Assembly: GCA_964196275.1 (NCBI GenBank)
Contig: CAXMSN010000104.1
Span: 1-63,904, forward strand
DNA from: an uncultured Kiloniellales bacterium
GTDB taxonomy: Bacteria; Actinomycetota; Acidimicrobiia; Spongiisociales; UBA5794
Direction of reading: 5' to 3'
DNA length: 63,904 nucleotides
In this document: one piece after another, positions 40,201-48,040 of the stretch
Layout: each line of letters begins with the position of its first letter
How positions within the stretch are numbered: position 1 is the first letter of the stretch
Made by a program: the position numbers and the translations under genes
Notes under the pieces: model-generated
What the model was told of the DNA's origin: nothing
Database searches by the model: none
The model's input: only the letters and a program-made list of their open reading frames with translations

Positions 40201-42094
40201 TATCGACCTGATTTCCCTCGGAAGTGAGAACACCGAAATCGTGGATGTAGGTTTGCTCTTCGCTACGGAGTCGCGTCGGTACCTCCTCGACGACGACCAG
40301 GCCGAGATGCTCGATCAACGGCACGACGGAAGACAGGTTGAGCTTTCCCGAGTTCCGGTAGACCGTGATCCTGGTCAGCCATTCAGATGCGGCGGGCGCC
40401 TTCGCCTCGTCGGCCTCGTTCTGCAGTCCCACAACGAGATCGGCGCCGGTCGATGCCAGCCGGTCAAGGCTGAGGATGTCTCCAACAACGAGCGCCAAGG
40501 CTGTCGAGGCCTTGTAATAGTCAGGGAACCCCGGCGTCCAGCGATCTGCAAGGCGGTTCGCCTCAGAGTCTCCAACCGCCTTGGCGAGTTCGCCGACAAC
40601 CTTGTCTTCCCACGTTCGCGCAAGTGCAAGCACCTCGACTTCGAGTTGTGAGACGTCAACCTCGACGGGCCCGGACCCCTCGGTCCAGACCGAGAAGTGG
40701 ATTCGCGCATCTCCCGACTCTGCGAGCGACAGTCGGTAGTCGACGGTGAGGCCTCCGTACGCATCCTTGAAGAGTTGCTGCAGTTCCTGGCGCAGCACCG
40801 AGTTGAACCGGTCACGCGGAACCGTGACGAGGATGCTGACAGATCTCCGGAGCGCATCGCGACGAACGAACAGTCGGACGCGTTCAGAATCTTCTGCGAC
40901 GATCAGCGCGCTGAGCGTGTCACCGAGATCCTCGATAGTGCCGGCGAACAGATCGTCTTTGGGGAAGCTGTCGAAGAGCTGGACCATCGACTTGTAGTCA
41001 TGAGAACCCTCGATGAGATCCTGATCCTTGAGGATCTGCTCGAGCTTGCGTCGCAGCACGGGAATCTCGCTGGCTGCTGCCATATAGGCCTTTGACGTGA
41101 ACAGCCCAATGAGCCTGTGTTCGGTCACGGTCCTGCCGTCATCGCCGGCTTTCCGGACACCCACGTATTCCATCCGAGCGCCGCGATGGACAGTGGCTTT
41201 CTGGTTGGTCTTCGTGATGACAACCAGGTCTCCGCCTCTGTATCGATCCCGGACGTACGGCGGCAGGTCAGAGAGCAACACGGCCTCGGGCTCGAACCCG
41301 TTGTCGTGGAGAATGCCCAATCCGCTTCCGGTTCTCGCCAGAACTGCCTGGTCACCGTTCTGATCCACGATGTCGTACTCGCGATATCCGAGGAACACGA
41401 AGTTGTCGTCGAGTAGCCACCGCAAGAACTCCACCGACTCCGAGATCTCGTCGAAGTGGAAGTACGTGTCTCCCGACTTCGCAGCCTCGACCATCTTGGG
41501 GACCATCCTTCGCATTGGCTCGAAGTCGCGCACGACCGAGGCAAGGTCGCTCAGTGTGTCGCGGATGTCGCTGGTCAGTTCCGCCTTGGCGTCCGAGTCG
41601 AGCCTGCGGTCGAGTTCGAAATGCTGGACGCTTACGACCCTGCCTGAGGACCGGGCCGAGTCGATACCGATCAGGAAGCCTGTCTCGTCTCTCGTCGTCC
41701 CGACGAGTGGGTGGAGATGCCGTTCGATCCCAACTCCGGACCGGCTGACAGCGAGAGCCATCGAGTCGACGAGGAACGGCCGGTCATCAACGACGACCTG
41801 GACAACCGATCCAGTGGTCTCGTATCCGCACTCGTTAAGCGACGGGTCGAACACGCGGATCGCCATCTCCTCGAGGCCTCGGCTCTGCACGAACAAGAAG
41901 AGGTCTGAGATCTCGGCGTACAACTGGTCGATCGGAATGTCCGGGAGATCGATGTTCGGAATGCGCCTGATGTAGAGGCGGGCAAAGGCCGAGAGCATCG
42001 CCCGAGTTTCATCGGGTACGTCGGCAGGAATCGTTGCGACCAGTTGGTCGACGACGGACGGTTCAGGCTTGACGGGCGAGCCGTTTCCGGTCAT
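37295..42094 (-). CDS. gdhB: Large NAD-specific glutamate dehydrogenase (1599 aa)
   Basis: VARGGIRWSDR, GLMKAQ, VPTGAKGG, DPYLVVAADKGTA, GDMSGDVFGNG, GEGGNLG; TAGCCT-N7-ATG. Confidence 0.95.
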   Translation of the reverse strand: MTGNGSPVKPEPSVVDQLVATIPADVPDETRAMLSAFARLYIRRIPNIDLPDIPIDQLYAEISDLFLFVQSRGLEEMAIRVFDPSLNECGYETTGSVVQVVVDDRPFLVDSMALAVSRSGVGIERHLHPLVGTTRDETGFLIGIDSARSSGRVVSVQHFELDRRLDSDAKAELTSDIRDTLSDLASVVRDFEPMRRMVPKMVEAAKSGDTYFHFDEISESVEFLRWLLDDNFVFLGYREYDIVDQNGDQAVLARTGSGLGILHDNGFEPEAVLLSDLPPYVRDRYRGGDLVVITKTNQKATVHRGARMEYVGVRKAGDDGRTVTEHRLIGLFTSKAYMAAASEIPVLRRKLEQILKDQDLIEGSHDYKSMVQLFDSFPKDDLFAGTIEDLGDTLSALIVAEDSERVRLFVRRDALRRSVSILVTVPRDRFNSVLRQELQQLFKDAYGGLTVDYRLSLAESGDARIHFSVWTEGSGPVEVDVSQLEVEVLALARTWEDKVVGELAKAVGDSEANRLADRWTPGFPDYYKASTALALVVGDILSLDRLASTGADLVVGLQNEADEAKAPAASEWLTRITVYRNSGKLNLSSVVPLIEHLGLVVVEEVPTRLRSEEQTYIHDFGVLTSEGNQVDIATVGDRIATAIEAVLTGGAESDALHRLLLGTELAYGELSILRAYRNYWRLVTPSFSIGYVNDTLTAHPKIAEALVRLFEARFDEAHSEEREKAIAKQIRHGLDAVSSLDDDRILRGFFGLVLATERTNVRVEGRSSLALKFASADVPEMPEPKPLHEIYVYATDVEGVHLRGGAVARGGIRWSDRREDYRTEVLGLMKAQMTKNAVIVPTGAKGGFVLRRPADAPRPSYEEVQDAYRLFIRGLLDVSDNRVGDEIVTPDSVVAHDAPDPYLVVAADKGTASFSDTANEIAAEYGFWLDDAFASGGSAGYDHKALGITARGAWESVRRHFFDLGVDVEAEEITVVGIGDMSGDVFGNGLLRSKHMKLIAAFDHRNIFFDPDPDPAASWDERMRISLLPRSSWLDYNADLISAGGGVFDRAAKSIELTPEMREVLGTPVESARPSELIKLILKAPADLLWNGGIGTYVKSRAETSELVQDRSNDSVRINGRDVGARVIGEGGNLGVTQRGRIEFDMGGGRVFADFIDNSGGVHASDREVNLKILLGLVEASGKIDRAERDEIIASVVDDVVEAILYDNFLQAQVLSQESAESHRTVELYADLIDRLEREGILDREIEFLPSAEEMNQRGREGRGMTRPELAVLLAYAKRSLTDLLLDSDLPDDPHFEADLLGYFPTAVSDRFADEIRVHPLRRELIATIVANQALNSQGSTFYSRMRHLTGSPANRIMRAYRVAREITGASERWAAIEGLVGTIGPDIDHEMLRDIDRLVSTVTRWYLNRPVTPTTIDEEIDLSRADFAALSEGMPSLDPEGWREPAEASASHMVANGVPPDIAKRHGFQHSLRRGPDIIELAHQHGRDVMEVAAIYTRVSYEFKVDWLERQIRNLPGTTTFERLAAESLRDDLQQMRRHVVAMVLGETEGSLDAHYARFPRLLPRRDRLFHWLERDGVEDISAGMVAVRRLKQIALGH

Positions 42095-42194
42095 GCACGC
42101 GAGGCTAGACGGGTCCTGATCAACAACGCGGCGATTTCGGGGATTGTCTTCGCCCACAGATATACGATGATGCGTCCAGAGTCGAAAGGGACCC

Positions 42195-42974
42195 ATGGCC
42201 AACCCACCGCTCCAGAAGCAATTCGGCGCCCTCCCTGAGGTCGGTGCGGGATCAGACGCGGCGCTCCAGGGCGCCCAAACGCCCGCTGGATTTGGAGCAG
42301 ACGATCCGATGACCATCGGCGGGACCTCAGCGAAGACAGCGTTCCTGCTGATCCTCGTCCTCGGTGCTGGCGCCTGGGGGTGGACGCTTGTCGATCCCGT
42401 CACTGGTGGCACGGGGCTTCCCGGCTGGTGGTTCTTCCTGGCGATCGGCGTGTTCGGCCTTGCGATACTGACTGCGTTCAAGCCGCACCTTGCGATCATC
42501 ACCGGACCCCTGTACGCCTTGTCTATGGGCGTCGCCATCGGGACGATCAGCCGTCTCTACGAATCGCAATTCGAAGGGATCGTTCTTCAAGCGATCATGG
42601 CCACGGCCGCCGTGTTCTTCGTAATGCTGGTCCTGTTCGTGACCCGGACGATCAAGGTGACCAATCGACTGCGCGGCGTCATCATCGGAGCAACGCTCGG
42701 GATCATGCTGTTCTATCTCGCCAGCTTCGTGCTATCGCTCTTCAGCACCAGCATCCCGCTTGTTTGGGATAGCGGCCCCGTCGGAATCGGTTTCAGCGTG
42801 CTGATCGTCGGGATCGCTGCATTCAACCTGATGCTCGACTTCGACCTGATCGAACGTGGCGTACAGGCCAGGGCCCCGAAGTCCATGGAGTGGTTCGGTG
42901 CGTTCGCCCTGATGGTCACCATCATCTGGCTCTACATAGAGATCCTCAGACTGATCGGCAAAGTCCGGAACTAG
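42195..42974 (+). CDS. Bax inhibitor-1/YccA family membrane protein
   Basis: MT..GT..KT, GIVLQA, LMLDFD, TIIWLYIEILR. Confidence 0.85.
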   Translation: MANPPLQKQFGALPEVGAGSDAALQGAQTPAGFGADDPMTIGGTSAKTAFLLILVLGAGAWGWTLVDPVTGGTGLPGWWFFLAIGVFGLAILTAFKPHLAIITGPLYALSMGVAIGTISRLYESQFEGIVLQAIMATAAVFFVMLVLFVTRTIKVTNRLRGVIIGATLGIMLFYLASFVLSLFSTSIPLVWDSGPVGIGFSVLIVGIAAFNLMLDFDLIERGVQARAPKSMEWFGAFALMVTIIWLYIEILRLIGKVRN

Positions 42975-42985
42975 CAGAAGACCAG

Positions 42986-43076
42986 GTATTCCGTACTACG
43001 TAATACGTACTATGGCCAGCATCCCTTCTGTCCCACTTTCAAGGGGGACGGGCGAGCGAAGCGAGCCAGGGGGATG
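42986..43076. repeat. Short heptamer run plus REP-like element
   Basis: gtattcc gtactac gtaatac gtactat, then gtcccactttcaagggggacgggcgagcgaagcgagccagggggatg (43030-43076). Confidence 0.82.
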
Positions 43077-43077
43077 C

Positions 43078-43356
43078 CTACGGTCTGTCTGGGAGGGACC
43101 GGTACCTCCCTGTTGCGAGGTCGAGGGTTACGGCGATGATGAGGGCGAAGCCTGCGGCGATCGCGATCGCTCCGGCGGTCGATTGGGCCATACCGCCGTC
43201 CGTCAGCACGTCGGCGCACGTCGCGCTGAACCGACCCGCCCTGTCGGACCCACTCTGACCCCAGATCACTGATCGACACGCGTCGGAACTCAGCACGGCA
43301 ATGCCCGTCAAGACGAATGTCAAGCCCCCAAGTGCGAGCGCGACTCTGACGATCAT
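43078..43356 (-). CDS. Small two-TM hypothetical protein
   Basis: 92 aa, two hydrophobic helices with a Cys pair in the loop. Confidence 0.65.
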   Translation of the reverse strand: MIVRVALALGGLTFVLTGIAVLSSDACRSVIWGQSGSDRAGRFSATCADVLTDGGMAQSTAGAIAIAAGFALIIAVTLDLATGRYRSLPDRP

Positions 43357-43533
43357 GTGGTTACTCCGGAAAAGAAACAGATCCCGCGCTGCCGGCGGAA
43401 TCCTCGATCCACAAATGCTATGTACGTTTCTCCCATACGGACCGAATCCGGGAGCACGGCCAGGTCGCCAGTTCTGCTCCGTAGTCCATGGTCCGGAGCG
43501 AGGCGGAGCCGAGCCACCACTACCTTTCCCACC

Positions 43534-44535
43534 ATGCAGTCACTCATCCATCTCTTCCGCATGTGGATTGCGGTCTCCCTCGCTGTGGCATCACGACTGT
43601 TCCGCAGACTCCTCCTCGGTCCCACCCTGCCGTCCTGGAGTTGGCGGACAGACGTCACCGTCGCAGGAGCCAGAGCGGCGATCGCGTCGGCAGCGACCCA
43701 ACCGGACAACCCTCTGATCACTGAGTTCGGGGCCAGGGTCCGGGCGCCGATCCCCATCAAGATGTGGGGCAAGGTCAGGGTCAACAGGACGAAACTCGGT
43801 GGCCTTCCCGTCGATCGCTACATCCGGCTTGACGATGCAACCGATCGGGCAACGATGCTCTACTTCCACGGCGGGGGCTATGTCTTCGGCAATCCAGGGA
43901 CGCACAGGCAGCACCTCTCGAGACTGGCATATGAGACAGGCACGAACGCGATCGCACCGCAGTACCGATTGGCCCCGGAGCACAAGTACCCCGCCGCCGT
44001 TGAGGACGCTCTGACCGCATACAACGCGATGCTCGCTTCGGGAACACAACCTGAGCGCATCGTCGTGGCAGGCGACTCTGCCGGTGGAGGCCTCGCTCTC
44101 GCATTGCTCCTCACGATCCGCGAACGGGGCCTCCCGATGTCCGGAGGTGCGATGCTGTTCTCCCCCTACACAGACCTCACGCACTCCTCGTACACGATCA
44201 CGACCAACGCCGACACCGACTATCTCCCGGCCGCCGAACTGGCGCAGCCGAACCACTACTACGCGGACGCAGACCAGCTGACGGATCCCATGGTCTCACC
44301 GGTGTTCGCCGACCTCACAGGCCTCCCGCCGATGCTCGTGCTCGCTGGCGGCGCCGAGATGATCCTCGACGACTCTGTGCGGCTTGTAGCCAACGCCAAA
44401 CGAGACGGTGTTGACACCACGCTGGTGGTGGAAGAGGAAATGATGCATGTCTGGCCAGCGTTGGTTCCATGGGAACCGGCAACCGAGAGGGCTCTGGTCG
44501 CGGCGTCTGAGTGGGTCGATACGCTCTACGCCTGA
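43534..44535 (+). CDS. Alpha/beta hydrolase (HSL-family esterase)
   Basis: YFHGGGY, YRLAPEH, GDSAGG, HVW; TACCTT-N7-ATG. Confidence 0.9.
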   Translation: MQSLIHLFRMWIAVSLAVASRLFRRLLLGPTLPSWSWRTDVTVAGARAAIASAATQPDNPLITEFGARVRAPIPIKMWGKVRVNRTKLGGLPVDRYIRLDDATDRATMLYFHGGGYVFGNPGTHRQHLSRLAYETGTNAIAPQYRLAPEHKYPAAVEDALTAYNAMLASGTQPERIVVAGDSAGGGLALALLLTIRERGLPMSGGAMLFSPYTDLTHSSYTITTNADTDYLPAAELAQPNHYYADADQLTDPMVSPVFADLTGLPPMLVLAGGAEMILDDSVRLVANAKRDGVDTTLVVEEEMMHVWPALVPWEPATERALVAASEWVDTLYA

Positions 44536-44614
44536 GACAGCCACAGAGACCCCTGGCACCGCAGCATTCGCCTAGTATCGGGTCACCCACAGAGGAGCCG
44601 TTCTGACCAGCGAG

Positions 44615-45853
44615 ATGAACCCCGCAGAGATGACACCTGCCGAGATCGCAGAGGTACAGAGAGCCTGGTACCGCTTCTGGCTCCCGCGGATCACGATCGG
44701 GTCGATTGTGGCCATGGCGGTCGTGTTCGGCGGTCAGTGGGTCTTCACCAGCACCACCGACTTCCTGATGACGATGATCCTCTCATTCTTCATCGCCTTT
44801 GCGATGCTCCCCGCCGTTGACTACCTCTCGGGCCGAGGATGGAAGCGAGGCCTCGCAACGGCAACTGTGATGTTCGTCGGCATGCTCATGGCGATCCTCT
44901 TCGCTTTCGCCATGGCACAGCTCGTCGTCGATCAGATCATCCAGATGATCGGGAAGTCATCGGGCTACGCGCAGCAGCTGATCGACTGGGTCAACTCAAC
45001 CTTCGATCAGAACTATACGATTGACGACGTCGTCGTACAGCTCGGTGGCTACGAAGACATCGCCGTCAAGGCTGGCAAGACGCTGATTTCTGGCATTCTT
45101 GGCTTCACCAGTTCGATCCTTGGTCTCATCTTCAAGGCGCTAACGATCTCCCTGTTCGTGTTCTATATCCTTGCCGACTTCCCGAAGATGCGAGCAGCGT
45201 TGCTTCACAACCTGCGTCCGTCCGCGCAGCTCCATGTCGACACGTTCCTGTCGATCACCGTGCAGAAGGTCGGTGGATACATCTACAGCCGGCTCGTCCT
45301 TGCGGCATTTTCGGCGGCTTACCACTTCGTAGTCTTCAAGATGCTCGGCCTGCCATACGCCTTGGCGATGGCCCTGTGGGTCGGCCTCGTAAGCCAGTTC
45401 GTCCCAAGCGTCGGCACATATCTCGCTGGAGTCGTCCCGTTCTTCATCGCACTGGCCGAAGGGGGGGCATCCACTGCCATCTGGGTCCTTATCGCGGTCA
45501 CGATCTATCAGCAGATCGAGAACTACCTGTTGTCACCGAAGATCACGAAGAACACGATGGACCTGCACCCTGCGATCGCGTTCGGATCAGCGATGATCGG
45601 TGCGGCGCTCCTTGGGGCCATAGGTGCCCTGCTTGCGCTTCCGGTCGCCGCCACTATCACGGCACTCGTCCAGACCTATGCGGATGACTACGAAATCATC
45701 GAGAACGAGCTCATCGAATCGCCGGACGAGTATTCCGCCAGGATGCAGGCGATCAGGGACGCCAAGGATCGCAAGCGGGCAGAGCGCAAGGTGAAGCTCG
45801 GATTCAAGCCGAAGACCGACGACGACGAATCGGACACATCGGACGACGAGTGA
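44615..45853 (+). CDS. AI-2E family transporter
   Basis: FVPSVG, YQQIENYLLSP, DLHPAIA, GALLALP. Confidence 0.88.
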   Translation: MNPAEMTPAEIAEVQRAWYRFWLPRITIGSIVAMAVVFGGQWVFTSTTDFLMTMILSFFIAFAMLPAVDYLSGRGWKRGLATATVMFVGMLMAILFAFAMAQLVVDQIIQMIGKSSGYAQQLIDWVNSTFDQNYTIDDVVVQLGGYEDIAVKAGKTLISGILGFTSSILGLIFKALTISLFVFYILADFPKMRAALLHNLRPSAQLHVDTFLSITVQKVGGYIYSRLVLAAFSAAYHFVVFKMLGLPYALAMALWVGLVSQFVPSVGTYLAGVVPFFIALAEGGASTAIWVLIAVTIYQQIENYLLSPKITKNTMDLHPAIAFGSAMIGAALLGAIGALLALPVAATITALVQTYADDYEIIENELIESPDEYSARMQAIRDAKDRKRAERKVKLGFKPKTDDDESDTSDDE

Positions 45854-46845
45854 GCGATGATGCCGACGCATCGGTAACAGGGGTCGGAGAGACGTTCGAC
45901 GAGTTCCGGCGATCGTTCTCGTACGGCTCTCGGGGAAACCTGAACTTCAAGTTCATGAAGTCGATGTCTGAGGCCGATGCCGCAGCCTTCCTCGCCACCG
46001 TTCTTCAGCAGCTCGGCGACGCGTACGACACCGGAGATGTCTCGCCCATGATCGAGACGGCGATCGAAGCCCAGATCGCTGGGTACGCCCCAAAGCCGGC
46101 CGACATGCCTCCCATGTTCGAGTTCGACAGTGGCCCGTTTGCGCCTGCGAAGACTCAGGTCAGCGAAGCGACGATCGGGCTCCTGACGACGTCAGGGCAT
46201 TTCCTCGAAGACGACGACCCTGAGCCCGAAGGCATGACGCAGGCTGAAGCGGTCGATCGCATCTCTGAGTCGCTCAGGGGGACGCCGACCCTCTCAGAGA
46301 TCCCGCGTACGTCGGATGTTGAATCGATCACTGTGAGGCACGGGGGATACGACATCACCTCTGCCGCGATCGACCCGAACGTCAGTTTCCCGATAGACCG
46401 CATGAACGAACTGGAGCGAGACGGAACGATCGGTGCATTGGCATCGACCTACTTCTCGTTTCCCGGAGCTACCTCCCAGGGTCGGCTCAAGCGCGAACTC
46501 GATGCATGGATCGATCGCATCAAGGCCGAAAATCTCGACTACATGCTGCTGGTTCCCGTCTGACCTGTCTGCCACGTGTCGGTCGGGCACGTAGCACGAG
46601 GCCTCGAAGAGGCCGGGATCGCAACGACGACGATCATGGTCGAGGCTTTCCGCCATCGGGCGGAACAGATGGTGGTCCCGCGTGCGGTGATCACACGCTT
46701 CCCGATGGGAAGGCCTCTCGGGGCGCCGCACGACACCGACCGACATCTCGACGTGATGCGCATGGCGTTCAGCCTCCTCGAGACCGCGACCGAATCAGGA
46801 ACCATCGTCAGCTATCCGCAGGCGTATCGGGTCCAGACCGCCTAG
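45850..46845 (+). CDS. PrdB/GrdB-like selenoprotein B (331 aa, Sec238 encoded by TGA 46561-46563)
   Basis: LLTTSGH, HGGYD, DPNVSFPIDR upstream; in-frame LLVPV-U-PVCHVSVGHVARGLEEAGI...PRAV...FPMG..LGAPH downstream; SECIS-like hairpin. Confidence 0.9.
46570..46596 (+). promoter_or_regulatory. Bacterial SECIS-like hairpin
   Basis: TGC-C-ACGTGTC [GGTCG] GGCACGT-A-GCA: 10 pairs (one G-U), one mismatch; G-leading loop starts 18 nt after the TGA. Confidence 0.75.
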
Positions 46846-46913
46846 TCGGATCGCGACGATTCCGGTGCAATTCGTAACCGTGGACGGCCTGTTCTCCCTC
46901 TGCGTTCGTGATG

Positions 46914-47081
46914 TCAGGTGCGATTGTGATTCCAGCCTGATGCAGAGATCAGGACGATTCCGATGAACCCAACGCCTGCAGCGGCACCGGACTCAAGAAC
47001 ATCCATCAGCAGGAGGCTGGCGGCGACGAAGACCACAAGTAGCCCCATGCCGAATCGGATTCTGTTCACATCTTCCAACAT
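46914..47081 (-). CDS. Small two-TM hypothetical protein (55 aa)
   Basis: MLEDVNRIRFGMGLLVVFVAASLLLMDVLESGAAAGVGFIGIVLISASG...; AGGA RBS. Confidence 0.6.
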   Translation of the reverse strand: MLEDVNRIRFGMGLLVVFVAASLLLMDVLESGAAAGVGFIGIVLISASGWNHNRT

Positions 47082-47201
47082 CTGAGATTCCTCCCGCCCG
47101 ATTCCTTCATGTCTTGGATGGAGCATCGCGTCCAGTACACGTCCGTGGCCGCCCATAACGGCAGATACGCGCAGCTGTCGGGGCCCGTATTGCCCGGACG
47201 G

Positions 47202-47570
47202 TCATGCGACTGTCGCAGCCGAGGCGGGCCTGAGGGCGATGTGCGTCCATGCGCCTCCGAGCAAGTCCACCGACGCAAACAGGACAAGTTGCCAAGGCCC
47301 AACGGTGAATGCCAGCGCGATCAGCCCTGCGGCGATGCCCCATCGAACCACGACGCTCATGCGATACAGCCGGGTGAACTCCGCCTGCACGGCCGTCCAG
47401 TAGAAAGCGCCGTAGCCGATCAACAGAAGTCCCAGGATCCTGATCCAGACCTCGTCGGTCTCTTCGATTTGGAAGACAGACAGGATGACGTTGGGAATCA
47501 GTAGAAACCCGGCGCCGACTACCAGCACGTAGCCGGTCCACACCGCCATGGAACGAGTAGCCCAAGACAT
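47202..47570 (-). CDS. Hypothetical four-TM membrane protein
   Basis: 122 aa; GAGFLLIPN, EVWIRILG, VDLLGGAWT. Confidence 0.75.
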   Translation of the reverse strand: MSWATRSMAVWTGYVLVVGAGFLLIPNVILSVFQIEETDEVWIRILGLLLIGYGAFYWTAVQAEFTRLYRMSVVVRWGIAAGLIALAFTVGPWQLVLFASVDLLGGAWTHIALRPASAATVA

Positions 47571-47698
47571 TGCCCACCCCCTATGCGAGTCAGCGATTCG
47601 ACGCACCAATGCGCGCCACAGCGGGGGGTGAGTCACAGACGGAACAGCCACCCATGAAGACGGATGTTCATCACCCTATCCAGCGGCTACGCCTAGCC

Positions 47699-47730
47699 GC
47701 GCACGACCGCAGCGCACGACCGCAGCGCAC
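47699..47730. repeat. 13-bp tandem repeat (2.5 units) in intergenic DNA
   Basis: gcgcacgaccgca gcgcacgaccgca gcgcac. Confidence 0.7.
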
Positions 47731-48040
47731 CTCTAGCCTTCGAAGCTACACGCACAGCCACCGTCGCAATAGAGCCATAAGTCACTTTCTAGGCTCACAT
47801 GTCGGTGCCTATGCGCTTCGAGATCTCCACGCCGAGATACGCCATCGGCTTTCCCGATTCCCGCGGAGAGAATCGCAAATCAATGCGAGGACACGCTACG
47901 AACTGTCGAATGTGACGACACCGATCCACATCACATCGTCAGCGAGGACCACGCCTCAGCAGGTCTTGGCGTTGCGTGCCCTGTCACCTCCCACAACGAA
48001 CAGGTAGCCGAGCGAGTCTGTGGTCCATGGTCTTCCGCCG

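Noticed and set aside
42095-42538. 148-aa N-terminal extension of GDH in the ORF track (likewise for tldE, flavin reductase, DHOR, ccmC, hydrolase)
   Set aside because: The extensions overlap other real genes; shorter starts are supported by TANNNT-N6/7 or stop/start overlaps
46561-46575. U-P-V-C-H as a CxxCH heme-binding motif served by the Ccm system
   Set aside because: No signal peptide or TM, so the protein is cytoplasmic; UxxCH is the normal PrdB-type active-site pattern
47571-48040. tRNA-Sec (selC) near the selenoprotein
   Set aside because: No UCA anticodon arm, T-loop or cloverleaf on either strand that I could find
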